55,768 bases of DNA from assembly GCA_944377825.1 (NCBI GenBank), contig CALWGA010000040.1, positions 1 through 55,768 on the forward strand, written 5' to 3'. The notes beneath the pieces were generated by a model. The model made no database searches, had not been told where the DNA came from, and saw only the letters and a program-made list of their open reading frames with translations. Position numbers and translations under genes: made by a program. Shown in pieces: positions 37,831 to 49,683 of the stretch. The stretch's first letter is position 1. Each line of letters opens with the position of its first letter. Origin of the DNA: an uncultured Clostridia bacterium. Its GTDB lineage: Bacteria; Bacillota; Clostridia; Christensenellales; UBA1242.

Positions 37831-38289
37831 ATGGAAAAGAAAAGAGAGCGCGCAAGAGCAATTATTGTTCGTGAGGGCAGGCTTGTTTCAATGTATCGTG
37901 AAAAACAGGGGAGAATTTATTATACTTTTCCTGGCGGTGGCATGGAAGAGAACGAAAGTGAAGAAGCTTGCGTAAAACGCGAAGTGTTTGAAGAATTTGG
38001 TATCATTGTGAAACCAATCAAAAAGGTTTACACTTACGAAAATAAAATTAGCAAAGAACATTTTTATCTTGCAGAATGGCTTTCTGGTAAGTTCGGCTCT
38101 GGCGAGGGTGAAGAGTTTCAGGATAATCAAAATAATGGAGTTTATATACCAAAGCTTATTAAAATTTCTGACATACCAATGCTTCCGCTTGTGCCACCAG
38201 AAGTGGCTTCCGCTTTCTATTCTGACTACATAAAAAATGGCAATGACATTCGAAATGATGTTAAGTTTATTTTTGGTGAGATAAAATAA
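37831..38289 (+). CDS. NUDIX hydrolase
   Basis: Nudix box FPGGGMEENESEEACVKREVFEEFG. Confidence 0.92.
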   Translation: MEKKRERARAIIVREGRLVSMYREKQGRIYYTFPGGGMEENESEEACVKREVFEEFGIIVKPIKKVYTYENKISKEHFYLAEWLSGKFGSGEGEEFQDNQNNGVYIPKLIKISDIPMLPLVPPEVASAFYSDYIKNGNDIRNDVKFIFGEIK

Positions 38290-38345
38290 CTTGACAAAAT
38301 AATTTAGAGTTTGTATCATGTTTTCAGGTAAATTAAGGAGGTATT

Positions 38346-38987
38346 ATGGAAATTTTTGTTTCAGGAGAAGGAAGAAAGGAGTTAGCGCCAAATTTAATTG
38401 GCTTAGATTACACATTTAAGGCAAAAGAAAAAACTTATGAAAAGGCAGTTGAGATAGGCACAAAAATAGTGGCTGATTATTTGCAATTTTTGATTTCCGA
38501 AGGCTTTAGTAAAAGTGATTTTAAAACATCTAGTATGCGTGTAAGTGAAGCTAGTACTTATGACGCAAAAACTAAGAAATACATAAAGGATGGGTATCTT
38601 TTTGTCCAAGAAGCGAGCATTGAGTTTGATTATGACTTAAAGCGTATGGCAAAAATAATTGAAGCAACTTCAAAACTAAAAACGCCACCAACCTATGAAA
38701 TAGTTTTCGATATTAAAGATAAAGCGCAAATGGAAGATGAAATTGTCACACTTGCTGTCCTTGATGCAAAGCATAAAGCAGAAAATATCGCAAAGGCAAT
38801 GGGCAAGCAGATTAAAGAATGTAAAAGGGTGGAATATTCTACAAATGATAGGGGATTTTCTGGGCATTACGATATGATGGAATGTCGAATGATGTCAAAA
38901 GAAAACTCTGCTCAAAACATTGAACAGGTATTTGTGCCAGAAGATATAGTATTGACGAAATCGGTTAATTGTGTTTTTGAAGCTTAG
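38346..38987 (+). CDS. SIMPL (DUF541) domain protein
   Basis: IFVSGEG..APN, AVLDAKHKAENIAKAMG, PEDIVLTKSVNCVF. Confidence 0.8.
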   Translation: MEIFVSGEGRKELAPNLIGLDYTFKAKEKTYEKAVEIGTKIVADYLQFLISEGFSKSDFKTSSMRVSEASTYDAKTKKYIKDGYLFVQEASIEFDYDLKRMAKIIEATSKLKTPPTYEIVFDIKDKAQMEDEIVTLAVLDAKHKAENIAKAMGKQIKECKRVEYSTNDRGFSGHYDMMECRMMSKENSAQNIEQVFVPEDIVLTKSVNCVFEA

Positions 38988-39163
38988 TAGTATAAGAATA
39001 TTTTTTAATAAAAAATGCTATAAAAATAATATAGTGTTATTTATCATTGCTTTTTAGCTTTCCTTTAAGAGTTTTGGCTTGCAGAATTTTTTAAGTTTAG
39101 TTATAGATTTACAAACGTTGCTATTTATTTGACAAAATTGTCAAAATATTTTAAACTTAGTGT

Positions 39164-39652
39164 ATGAGAGTTTTAGGAATTGACCCCGGCTATGCAATTG
39201 TCGGCTACGGGATTATTGAAACAAGCGAAAATAATAAGATTATCGACTATGGTGTTATCGAAACGCCAAAAGAGGATCCATTGCCTATAAGGCTTCAGCA
39301 CATCGATGAGGCGCTTAGGGTTATCTTTGAGACCTACAGGCCTGACGAGGTGGCGATTGAGGAACTTTTCTATTTCAAGAACCAAAAGACCGTTATTCAA
39401 GTGGCGCAGGCGCGCGGTGTGATAGTGCTTGCAAGTCAAAAATATTGTGGGCGCACTTTTGAATACACACCTATTCAAATCAAGCAGGCGCTGACAGGCA
39501 ATGGTCATGCAGAGAAGAGACAGATGCAGTATATGGTCAAAAATGTGCTTGGGCTTAAGGATATTCCGCGTCCGGATGATGCTGCGGATGCGCTCGCGGT
39601 GGCGATATGCCATGGGCAAATCAATCCTAGGCTTAATTTTAATATGATGTGA
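39164..39652 (+). CDS. ruvC: Holliday junction resolvase RuvC
   Basis: VLGIDPG, AIEELF, QARGV, PDDAADALA. Confidence 0.98.
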   Translation: MRVLGIDPGYAIVGYGIIETSENNKIIDYGVIETPKEDPLPIRLQHIDEALRVIFETYRPDEVAIEELFYFKNQKTVIQVAQARGVIVLASQKYCGRTFEYTPIQIKQALTGNGHAEKRQMQYMVKNVLGLKDIPRPDDAADALAVAICHGQINPRLNFNMM

Positions 39653-39811
39653 GAAGTCTAGACTTGTTTTCTTGATTTGCTTATCTAGTTTTAAACAAAA
39701 ATTTCGAATATTTCGTATTCCGAATATCTCGAAAAAAGTTACAAAAATTGTTTTTTAAACGAATGCAACTTTAATATTTAAAACGATTGAAAAAATTTAT
39801 GTGAGGAAGAT

Positions 39812-40417
39812 ATGATTTCATTTTTAGTGGGAACGATTGAAGAAAAATATGAAAATACGCTTGTTATGGATGTCAACGGCGTGGGTTATGAACTGCAAAT
39901 TTCCAATAACTCGCTTGTGGCACTTCCAAACACCAACGAAACTTGCAAAATCTACACATATTTGCATGTGAAAGAGGATGGAATTGCGCTTTTTGGGTTT
40001 GCTTCGCAAGAAGAAAAGAACATTTTTATGAAACTTATCACGGTTTCTGGCGTTGGTCCGAAAATGGCAATCGCGATACTTTCTGGCATGAAGATAAGCG
40101 ACTTAGTTGTGGCAATTTCACGCGAGGATGTTTCGCTTTTATCCAAAATCAAGGGCTTGGGCAAGAAAACTGCCGAGCGCGTTTGCCTTGAACTTAAGGA
40201 TAAGATATCAGTCGCAGGCTACGGCACAGACCTATTCAACTACAAGGAAAATCTCGACAACTTCTATGATGAGAACGCTCTTAATGATGCGGTGGAAACG
40301 CTTATCAACTTGGGCGTCAACAAGAACGAGGCTTATAGGCTGGCGCGCGCAAATGCCGGCGATGGTGCAACCGCGGAAGAGATTATTTTGAAAGTTCTTC
40401 GCTATTTAGGGCGTTAA
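39812..40417 (+). CDS. ruvA: Holliday junction branch migration protein RuvA
   Basis: DVNGVGY, LFGF, VSGVGPKMA, GLGKKTAER. Confidence 0.98.
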   Translation: MISFLVGTIEEKYENTLVMDVNGVGYELQISNNSLVALPNTNETCKIYTYLHVKEDGIALFGFASQEEKNIFMKLITVSGVGPKMAIAILSGMKISDLVVAISREDVSLLSKIKGLGKKTAERVCLELKDKISVAGYGTDLFNYKENLDNFYDENALNDAVETLINLGVNKNEAYRLARANAGDGATAEEIILKVLRYLGR

Positions 40418-40431
40418 ATTTGGGGTGAGAT

Positions 40432-41430
40432 ATGGAAGATAGATTTATAACAAGCACAAAGAATTTTACTGATGCTGAGATTGAAACTTCGCTTCGACCA
40501 ACAAGCCTAGATCAATATGTTGGACAAGATAAAATTAAGGAAAGTTTGAAGGTCTACATTCAGGCGGCAAAGTCGCGTAAGGATGCACTCGACCACGTGC
40601 TTTTATATGGTCCACCAGGCTTAGGTAAGACAACACTTTCGCACATTATTGCGAAGGAACTAGGCTCGCAAATCAAAATCACATCAGGTCCTGCCATTGA
40701 GCATGCTGCCGACCTTGCGGCGATACTGACCAATCTTAACAAAAATGATGTTTTGTTTATCGACGAAATTCATAGGCTAAATAAGACCGTTGAGGAAATT
40801 CTCTATCCTGCCATGGAAGATTTCGCGCTTGATTTTATTGTCGGCAAAGGTCCATCGGCGAAGAATATGCGACTTAAAATTCAACCTTTCACGCTTATCG
40901 GCGCGACCACAAAGGCGGGTATGCTGACAAGTCCACTCCGCGATAGGTTTGGCGTTATCTGCAGGCTCGAATTATATTCAGACAAAGACCTACAAATCAT
41001 CATTAAGCGTTCGGCTGAGATTTTGAATATCAAAATTGACGAAAGTGCCAGCCTTGACATCGCAAAGCGTTCGCGCGGAACACCAAGAATTGCTAATCGT
41101 CTTTTAAAGCGTGTTAGAGATTACGCCGAAGTTTTGGGCAGTGGCGAGATAACAAAGGAGATAACCGACCAAGCGCTTGCAAAAATGGAAATTGACGAAC
41201 TTGGGCTTGACTTTATCGACAGAAAGATACTTGAAAGCATAATCTACAAATTCGGTGGCGGACCTGTGGGACTCGACACGCTGTCGGCGACCATTGGCGA
41301 AGATGCAGGCACGATTGAAGATGTCTATGAGCCATATTTGATGCAATTAGGATTTATTGCAAGAACCCCACGCGGGCGTATTGCAATGGAAAACGCATAT
41401 CATCATCTTGGACTAGACTACAACAAATGA
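40432..41430 (+). CDS. ruvB: Holliday junction helicase RuvB
   Basis: [42 protein letters not shown]. Confidence 0.99.
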   Translation: MEDRFITSTKNFTDAEIETSLRPTSLDQYVGQDKIKESLKVYIQAAKSRKDALDHVLLYGPPGLGKTTLSHIIAKELGSQIKITSGPAIEHAADLAAILTNLNKNDVLFIDEIHRLNKTVEEILYPAMEDFALDFIVGKGPSAKNMRLKIQPFTLIGATTKAGMLTSPLRDRFGVICRLELYSDKDLQIIIKRSAEILNIKIDESASLDIAKRSRGTPRIANRLLKRVRDYAEVLGSGEITKEITDQALAKMEIDELGLDFIDRKILESIIYKFGGGPVGLDTLSATIGEDAGTIEDVYEPYLMQLGFIARTPRGRIAMENAYHHLGLDYNK

Positions 41431-41687
41431 TTGGTGCGGACACCAACTACGCTTTTACGCCGGCACGGAAAATTAAAAATTTTTCTAACGGTTGCTCCGA
41501 TGGTTTCGCAATCCTCTTCGGCGTCATAAACGGCACTTCATTTCGTGATTTGTCTTACACCAAATCACTTACCATTCGTTTGTTTACTCCTTATCTCCAA
41601 AAATGGCATTTTCGGAGTGCCACATTTTGAGATTTTTGATTTATGCTCGTTGAACACAGTTCTACACTTCGCAAAATCAAAAATTGA
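41431..41687 (-). repeat. ~260-bp dispersed structured intergenic element, copy 2 (inverted)
   Basis: Reverse complement matches 1222-1484; starts immediately after the ruvB stop codon. Confidence 0.9.
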
Positions 41688-41790
41688 ATAAATATAAACA
41701 AAAACACTTTAATATTATATTTAAACATAGAACAAAGCACAGTTTGTTACCAAGAATTAGGATTTTTTGATAGAATACAAAAGGAACATT

Positions 41791-42831
41791 ATGCAAAGAG
41801 AATTATTACGATCTACTTATCATTATGATTTGCCAGAGGAGCTTATTGCTCAAACTCCGGTTGAACCACGCGACTCGTCGCGTCTTTTATGCTATAATCG
41901 AAAGACCGAAAAGGTGCAAGACCTACATTTTTATGATATCTACAACTTTTTGAATAAGGGCGATGTTTTGGTTGTCAATAACACGCGTGTTTTGCCAGCT
42001 AGACTTTATGGCTTTAAGCATACTGGCGCGAAAATTGAGGTGCTTCTTCAAAAGCGGATAGATTTGACACATTGGGAAGTGATTGCAAAACCATTTAAGC
42101 GTTTGGATGAAGGAACAGAAATTGTTTTTAACGAAAACATTTTTGCCGTTGTTGTTAGTAAGGAAACTTTTGGTTCTTGTGTCATTGAATTTAAGTATGA
42201 CCTAAAAAAGACCTTTGAAGAGCATTTGATGGAGATAGGCACTGTTCCACTTCCGCCATACATAAAGGAAAAGTTGAAAGACCCAGAGCGCTATCAAACT
42301 GTCTATGCCAAAGTGGAAGGTTCAAGTGCAGCGCCAACTGCGGGGTTACACTTTACTAAAGACTTATTAGCAAGATTGAAAGATAAAGGTGTAGAGATTT
42401 GTGAAGTTTTGCTCCATGTTGGACTCGGCACATTTAGACCGGTTAAGGAAGATAATATTTTGGAACATAAAATGCACAGCGAATATATTGAGGTGTCCAA
42501 AGAGGTGGCAAATAGACTTAATAAGGCAAAACAAGAGGGTCGGCGAGTTATCGCTGTCGGAACGACCTCAGTTAGAGTTTTGGAAAGTGCAAGTGACAAA
42601 ATAGGTCACATTCTTCCAGTCAAAAAAGAGACGGACATCTTCATTTATCCGCCATATAAATTTAAGTTTGTGGATGCACTCATCACCAACTTCCACTTAC
42701 CAGAGTCGACTCTTATTATGCTTGTTTCTGCCTTTATCGGCGACATTGATAAAACGCTTGAATTATATAAACACGCAGTAAATAGTCGGTATCGTTTCTT
42801 CAGTTTTGGCGATGCCATGTTTATTGAATAA
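41791..42831 (+). CDS. queA: S-adenosylmethionine:tRNA ribosyltransferase-isomerase
   Basis: YDLPEELIAQ, PLPPYI, RYQTVYA, AAPTAGLHF, VGTTSVR, TNFHLP, RFFSFGDAM. Confidence 0.99.
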   Translation: MQRELLRSTYHYDLPEELIAQTPVEPRDSSRLLCYNRKTEKVQDLHFYDIYNFLNKGDVLVVNNTRVLPARLYGFKHTGAKIEVLLQKRIDLTHWEVIAKPFKRLDEGTEIVFNENIFAVVVSKETFGSCVIEFKYDLKKTFEEHLMEIGTVPLPPYIKEKLKDPERYQTVYAKVEGSSAAPTAGLHFTKDLLARLKDKGVEICEVLLHVGLGTFRPVKEDNILEHKMHSEYIEVSKEVANRLNKAKQEGRRVIAVGTTSVRVLESASDKIGHILPVKKETDIFIYPPYKFKFVDALITNFHLPESTLIMLVSAFIGDIDKTLELYKHAVNSRYRFFSFGDAMFIE

Positions 42832-42832
42832 T

Positions 42833-42881
42833 ACACCATATATGGTGTAGTATGCAATAATACCACAACAAGATATTGTTA
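42833..42881. promoter_or_regulatory. tandem NrdR-box-like pair (copy 2)
   Basis: ACACCATATATGGTGT and CAACAAGATATTGTTA, starts 33 bp apart; core GTAGTATGCAA. Confidence 0.55.
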
Positions 42882-42971
42882 AGTTGTTTTGTGCTATTTA
42901 TCTAGATTTTTATTCGGATAATCGGACAAAATAAATTTTGATATATTCGATATAAAAAATTTTTGAATTAG

Positions 42972-44141
<1,170 letters not shown>

Positions 44142-44368
44142 ATTTGAAACTTTTTATTGATTGAGATTGAAAAAATGAAACTTGTTTGTTTCATAGGTTT
44201 TGTGTGTGAAAAAATGATAAAAGACAAAATTAGACACAATTCGCTAAAAATTTTTGCACATAATGTTTGCTTTTTAAAGTTGTATGTGTTACAATAATGC
44301 TTGTATATTAGGTTAATTATGTTATTTATATATTAATTTTATCTAATAACTATAAAGGGAGAAAAATT

Positions 44369-45637
44369 ATGCATGAATTTACTTTAAAAGACGACATGGT
44401 AACACTTAGCGTTAAAGTCACACAAAAAGAATGGGAGGAGAGACTTCAAGAGGCTTATGAAAACAATAAGTCCAGATTTTCTATCACAGGCTTCAGAAAA
44501 GGTCACGCTCCAAGAAAGGTTATTGAAAAAACCTATGGCGATGACATCTTCTTTGAAGACGCTGTTCAAATGATTGCCAACACTGAAATTATTGATTTTC
44601 TAACCAAAAATCCAAAGTTGGAGCCACTTCAAGCGCCAAATATTAAAAATGTTGTTATGGACAACAACGGTCTCAGTTTTGACCTAAACTTTGAGGTTAT
44701 GCCAGAGATTAAACTTTGCAAATACACAGGTCTTGAGTTCAAAAAACTTTCCACCAAGGTGACTGACGCGGACGTTGAACACGAGATAGGACACCTTTTG
44801 AACGACAACGCCACTTTCACCGATGCTGAAAGAGAGACCAAGAACGGCGACCAAGTTGTTATCGACTTTGTTGGATATGTTGACGGCAAGGCGTTCGAAG
44901 GCGGAAGAGCGGAAAACTATCCATTGGAACTTGGCTCTCACACCTTTATCGAAGGCTTTGAAGAGCAACTCGTTGGCAAAAAAAAGGGCGACGATGTTAA
45001 GGTTGACATTAAATTTCCAGAAAACTATGTTGACTATCTAGCAGGCAAAAGCGGATATTTTGATGTTAAAATCAAAGAAGTAAGAGAGAAAACTCTTCCA
45101 ACTCTCGATGACAAATTTATTTCTAATGCGACAGAATATGAAACCGTTGAAGAGTATAAAAAATATCTACAGGAGCATATTCAATCTATGAAGGAAGACC
45201 GCTCAATCGCAAGGCTCAAATCTGACATCTATGAGTATCTTCTCAAAAACACCAATGTTAAGGCACCGCAGTTCATGATTGACCAAGAAGTTCACGCGGA
45301 GATGCACGAAATTGAAGATAGAGCGAAGAGTTTTGGCATGACAATGGAACAGTATTTCGACGCAGTTAAGATGCCAATGGAAGAATATAGGAATATGTGC
45401 GAAGAGAGAGCAAGTAGGTCAATTAGAATGCACTACATCTTCGAGCAACTCTTTGACAAGTTAAAAATAACCGCTTATGAAGAAGAGATAACTGCACAAC
45501 TTGAAAAAATGAAAGCAACTGATGCCGATGAAAACGCAAGACTTCAAGCCATCCATATGGTTAAAGTCAACAAGGTGTTCAACTACCTTTGCGAAAATAA
45601 CAAACTTGTTGAAGTCGACACGGTGGAAGAATTATAA
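44369..45637 (+). CDS. tig: trigger factor
   Basis: GFRKGHAP ribosome-binding motif; FKBP domain (IDFVG..FEGG..FIEGFEEQL). Confidence 0.97.
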   Translation: MHEFTLKDDMVTLSVKVTQKEWEERLQEAYENNKSRFSITGFRKGHAPRKVIEKTYGDDIFFEDAVQMIANTEIIDFLTKNPKLEPLQAPNIKNVVMDNNGLSFDLNFEVMPEIKLCKYTGLEFKKLSTKVTDADVEHEIGHLLNDNATFTDAERETKNGDQVVIDFVGYVDGKAFEGGRAENYPLELGSHTFIEGFEEQLVGKKKGDDVKVDIKFPENYVDYLAGKSGYFDVKIKEVREKTLPTLDDKFISNATEYETVEEYKKYLQEHIQSMKEDRSIARLKSDIYEYLLKNTNVKAPQFMIDQEVHAEMHEIEDRAKSFGMTMEQYFDAVKMPMEEYRNMCEERASRSIRMHYIFEQLFDKLKITAYEEEITAQLEKMKATDADENARLQAIHMVKVNKVFNYLCENNKLVEVDTVEEL

Positions 45638-45685
45638 AATTTAGTAAATCAAAGGTTAAAAATATAAATTTTAAGGAGGTTTATT

Positions 45686-46273
45686 ATGTTAGTACCAATG
45701 GTTGTTGACCAAACAGGAGCAAACGAAAGGTCATACGATATTTATTCAAGATTACTTGAGGATAGAATCATCTTTTTAGCGGGCGAAATCACAGACGAAA
45801 CGGCAAATATTGTGATTGCTCAACTTATCTATCTTGAAGGAAAAAATCCAGACAAGGATATTTTCATATATATTAATAGCCCGGGCGGTTCAGTCAGCGC
45901 TGGCATGGCAATCTACGACACCATGAACTACATCAAGTGCGATGTTTCCACAATTTGTGTCGGTCTTGCCGCTTCAATGGGCGCGTTCCTTCTTTCAAGC
46001 GGAACAAAGGGCAAGAGATTTGCGCTTCCTAACAGCGAGATTATGATTCACCAGCCACTCGGCGGTGCTCAAGGTCAGGCAAGCGACATCGAAATTCAGG
46101 CACGCCATATTCAAAAAATTAAGGCAAAACTCAACAAAATTTTAAGCGAGAACACAGGCAAACCACTTGAAATAATTGAAAAGGACACTGACCGCGATAA
46201 TTACATGACTCCAGATGAAGCAAAAGAATATGGTCTTATCGATAATATTTTTGTGACAAGAAAGGCAAACTAA
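45686..46273 (+). CDS. clpP: ATP-dependent Clp protease proteolytic subunit
   Basis: [30 protein letters not shown]. Confidence 0.99.
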   Translation: MLVPMVVDQTGANERSYDIYSRLLEDRIIFLAGEITDETANIVIAQLIYLEGKNPDKDIFIYINSPGGSVSAGMAIYDTMNYIKCDVSTICVGLAASMGAFLLSSGTKGKRFALPNSEIMIHQPLGGAQGQASDIEIQARHIQKIKAKLNKILSENTGKPLEIIEKDTDRDNYMTPDEAKEYGLIDNIFVTRKAN

Positions 46274-46295
46274 GAAACAACTTTAAAGGAGATGT

Positions 46296-47576
46296 ATGAA
46301 AGATATTGAAGTTTACTGCTCCTTCTGTGGTAAGCCACAGAGTAGCGCAAAAAAGTTGATAGCAAGCCCAAATGGCGAGGCGTATATCTGTGATGATTGC
46401 GTTAGAATTTGTCTTGATATTATTAAGCAGGATAGTTTAAAAATCAAAGTCTATAAAGACCTTGAAATACCTTCGCCTAAGGAGATTAAAAAACAACTTG
46501 ATAACTATGTGATAGGGCAGGACCAAGCAAAGAAGGTGCTTTCGGTTGCCGTGTTCAATCACTATAAAAGGATAAACTACAACAATCACTTAAAACTTGA
46601 CGGCAAGAAAAAGAAAAACGAAAACAGCGTCGAACTTGAAAAGAGCAATATCTTAATGATAGGTCCAACAGGTTCAGGAAAGACGCTTTTGGTTAAAACT
46701 TTGGCAAAAATCTTGGATGTTCCTTTCGCAGTTGCCGATGCCACAACACTCACTGAAGCGGGATATGTGGGCGAGGATGTTGAAAATGTACTTTTGAAAC
46801 TCATTCAAAACGCTGATTACGACATTTCGCGTGCAGAGCGTGGCATAATCTACATCGATGAAATAGATAAGATTTCAAGAAAAAGCGAAAATCGTTCAAT
46901 AACACGTGACGTGGGCGGTGAGGGCGTGCAACAGGCGTTACTTAAAATTATTGAAAGCACGATTGCGTCCGTTCCGCCACAAGGTGGAAGAAAACATCCG
47001 CATCAAGAGATGCTTCAAATCGACACCACAAACATTCTCTTTATTTGCGGTGGAGCGTTTGTGGGCTTAGATGATATAATATATAAAAGGATGGCTTCTT
47101 CCGCGCTTGGCTTCAATGCGGAGATTAAAAATTCCTCTGAAAGAGCGAAAATCAACTACTCGCAAGACGTTCAGCCTGATGACTTAATCAAGTTTGGTCT
47201 TATTCCAGAGTTTGTGGGCAGACTTCCAATTATCACAGGGCTTGACAATCTCGATGTCAACGCGCTTGGGAAGATTTTGGTTGAGCCTAAGAACAGTTTG
47301 ATTAAGCAATACACAGAACTTTTCAAAATGGATGGCTTTGAACTTGAGTTTGAGAAGGACGCCATTACCTATGTTGCAAATAAGGCTTTGGAACTTAAAA
47401 CGGGCGCAAGAGGTATAAGAACCATCATGGAAACAAGAATGACTGAACTTATGTATGACCTTCCAGACCCAAAAGTCTATGAAAAGGTTATAATCACCAA
47501 GGATTTCATGGAAAAAGGCTCAGCGCCAACGCTCATCGCAAGACCTCAAACTGAGGCTAAGGAAAATGTGGGCTAA
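46296..47576 (+). CDS. clpX: ATP-dependent Clp protease ATP-binding subunit
   Basis: CSFCGK..ICDDC zinc finger, [30 protein letters not shown]. Confidence 0.99.
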   Translation: MKDIEVYCSFCGKPQSSAKKLIASPNGEAYICDDCVRICLDIIKQDSLKIKVYKDLEIPSPKEIKKQLDNYVIGQDQAKKVLSVAVFNHYKRINYNNHLKLDGKKKKNENSVELEKSNILMIGPTGSGKTLLVKTLAKILDVPFAVADATTLTEAGYVGEDVENVLLKLIQNADYDISRAERGIIYIDEIDKISRKSENRSITRDVGGEGVQQALLKIIESTIASVPPQGGRKHPHQEMLQIDTTNILFICGGAFVGLDDIIYKRMASSALGFNAEIKNSSERAKINYSQDVQPDDLIKFGLIPEFVGRLPIITGLDNLDVNALGKILVEPKNSLIKQYTELFKMDGFELEFEKDAITYVANKALELKTGARGIRTIMETRMTELMYDLPDPKVYEKVIITKDFMEKGSAPTLIARPQTEAKENVG

Positions 47577-47736
47577 ATTTGAAGGGATTGTTGGTTTATT
47601 TATTAGTAATAGTTTTTATATTTTAAACATAAATCCTTTATTCAAATTTAATCATATTAAAAAAATAACAAATTTTGTGAAAAGTTTTGCAAAACAGTTG
47701 ACAGGTGAAATTTTATATGCTATAATATCGGCGTAT

Positions 47737-47850
47737 GAAAGTAGAAGTTTCCTTCTCACCTGTCGAATTTTGTTTTGACATGGTCACAAAATTTAATAAA
47801 CTATTTTATTATTTTTTGGTGGGAAACATTCTTTCTGCCAAATTTTTTTT
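47737..47850 (+). promoter_or_regulatory. L20 leader (infC-rpmI-rplT autoregulatory RNA)
   Basis: Downstream of TTGACA-17-TATAAT. Contains AGAAG..CTTCTCACC..TGTC..GACA..GGT and a terminator-like TTTGGTGG..CTGCCAAA followed by a T-run, upstream of infC. Confidence 0.75.
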
Positions 47851-47866
47851 AAAGGAGATTACGACA

Positions 47867-48382
47867 ATTTTTAAGGAACAATTAATTAATGAGCAAATCA
47901 CCGCCAAAGAGGTTCGTTTGATAGGAACGGATGGCGAGCAACTCGGGGTTATGCCGATTGAGAAAGCAAGGCAAATCGCTGATAATGAGGGACTTGATTT
48001 GGTTCTAATGTCAGGAAGTTCCAATCCTGCTGTTTGCAAAATCATGGACTATGGCAAATATCGTTTTGACAGCATTAAGCGTGAAAAGGAACTCAAAAAA
48101 AATCAAAAAATTGTGGAACTTAAGGAAATTCAACTCACAATGCGCATCGACCAATATCACATCAATTTCAAACTTAAAAACGCTCAAAAGATATTGCAAG
48201 ACGGCGATAAGGTCAAGGTTTCTCTTCGCATGAAAGGTCGTGAACAGGCCTATTCTAAGAATGCCGTTGAGGTGGTTGAAAACTTTGTATCCGCGCTCAG
48301 CGAGTTTGGAACAACCGATAAAAAGCCAGAGATTGTTGGAAGAAATGTCATTGTTGTAATCAGTCCAAAAAAGACAAAATAA
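47867..48382 (+). CDS. infC: translation initiation factor IF-3 (ATT start)
   Basis: AAGGAG-9 nt-ATT TTT AAG; INEQI..VRLIG, VCKIMDYGKY, GDKVKV. Confidence 0.95.
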   Translation: MFKEQLINEQITAKEVRLIGTDGEQLGVMPIEKARQIADNEGLDLVLMSGSSNPAVCKIMDYGKYRFDSIKREKELKKNQKIVELKEIQLTMRIDQYHINFKLKNAQKILQDGDKVKVSLRMKGREQAYSKNAVEVVENFVSALSEFGTTDKKPEIVGRNVIVVISPKKTK

Positions 48383-48395
48383 AAGGAGAAAAGTT

Positions 48396-48590
48396 ATGCC
48401 TAAGCAAAAAACACACAGTGGTGCAAAAAAGCGTTTTTCACTCACTGCAACAGGAAAGGTTAAGTATGCAAGACCTGGCAAAGGTCACTTCTTAACAGTA
48501 AAAAACAAAAATCGCAAGAGAAAACTTAGAAAAGGGTCTTATATTGCAGGAAAGAATGCAAACAACATTAAGACGCTCCTTTGCAAGTAA
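48396..48590 (+). CDS. rpmI: 50S ribosomal protein L35
   Basis: MPKQKTHSGAKKRF. Confidence 0.98.
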   Translation: MPKQKTHSGAKKRFSLTATGKVKYARPGKGHFLTVKNKNRKRKLRKGSYIAGKNANNIKTLLCK

Positions 48591-48602
48591 TGGAGGTAGG
48601 TC

Positions 48603-48950
48603 ATGAGAATTAAAAGAGGCGTGAACGCAGTTAAAAAGCGTAGAAAAATCTTAAAATCAGCCAAAGGTTATTTTGGTGCAAAGAGTAAACTCTATAGAAC
48701 CGCACGTGAGCAGGTTATGAAATCTGGTCAATATGCTTATATTGGCAGAAAACAAAAGAAGAGAGATTTCCGTGCACTTTGGATAACAAGAATCAACGCT
48801 GGTTGCCACCAAAACGATATCTCTTATTCAAGATTTATCTCTGGACTTAAGAAAGCAAATATCGCATTAAACCGTAAGGTGCTTGCAGACATTGCCGTTC
48901 GCGAGCCAGAAACTTTCGCTAAACTTGTTGAAACAGCAAAGAAGGCTTAA
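48603..48950 (+). CDS. rplT: 50S ribosomal protein L20
   Basis: [33 protein letters not shown]. Confidence 0.99.
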   Translation: MRIKRGVNAVKKRRKILKSAKGYFGAKSKLYRTAREQVMKSGQYAYIGRKQKKRDFRALWITRINAGCHQNDISYSRFISGLKKANIALNRKVLADIAVREPETFAKLVETAKKA

Positions 48951-49672
48951 TGGAAAGGGCGAGCAAAGACCTAATTTCAAACTTAAAAAAGCAAAAACGT
49001 GATAAGTCTTTGCTTTTTTTGGATAATGTCAAAATAATAAAAGATGCTCTTCCATATATTAAGGTGGAATTGATTTTGACAGCGAATGAAAAATTGACTT
49101 TTGATGCAGGCGATGTCAAAGTTTATAAAACCGATGCAAAAACCATTGAAATGCTTGCTGACACTGTCACTCCGCAAGGGATAATTTGTGTGGTAAGAAT
49201 GGAGAAGAAAACTTTAATCGTTCCAAAAGGCAACTTTTTGGTTTTAGACTCGCTTCAGGACCCGGGAAACATGGGAACGCTTATTCGAACATCGGTTGCC
49301 TGTGGTTTTGACGCAGTTTTCAGTGTGGACTGTGTGCATATCACAAATTCCAAACTCATTCGAAGTTCGGTGGGCGCGGTGTTTAATCAAAAAATTTACG
49401 AAATGACAAAGGAAGAGTTTATAACCTTTGCTAAATCTAACAACTTACTGCTTGCCAAATGCGACATGAATGGCGAAAATGTTTTCGCTAAAAATTTCGA
49501 AAAGAATTTAGGTATTGTTGTCGGTAACGAAGGTCAGGGAGTGAGCAGTGAAATATCCAATCTTTGTCAAATTTCTCTTTCCATACCTATGAAAGGTAAT
49601 ATCGAAAGTCTAAACGCAGGCGTCAGTGGTTCAATCATCATGTATCAAATTGCAAAATCAAATTTAATTTAG
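48950..49672 (+). CDS. TrmH/SpoU family RNA methyltransferase
   Basis: LQDPGNMGTLIR, GNEGQG, IPM..ESLNAGV. Confidence 0.93.
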   Translation: MERASKDLISNLKKQKRDKSLLFLDNVKIIKDALPYIKVELILTANEKLTFDAGDVKVYKTDAKTIEMLADTVTPQGIICVVRMEKKTLIVPKGNFLVLDSLQDPGNMGTLIRTSVACGFDAVFSVDCVHITNSKLIRSSVGAVFNQKIYEMTKEEFITFAKSNNLLLAKCDMNGENVFAKNFEKNLGIVVGNEGQGVSSEISNLCQISLSIPMKGNIESLNAGVSGSIIMYQIAKSNLI

Positions 49673-49683
49673 GAGGTGTTTAT

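Noticed and set aside
39703-39733. Imperfect inverted repeat TTCGAATATTTCG..CGAATATCTCGAA between ruvC and ruvA, considered as a LexA/SOS box
   Set aside because: It does not match the Firmicute GAAC-N4-GTTC consensus and occurs once.
41427-41630. 67-aa ORF overlapping repeat copy 2
   Set aside because: Indels between the two repeat copies do not preserve the frame, so the element is not under coding constraint.
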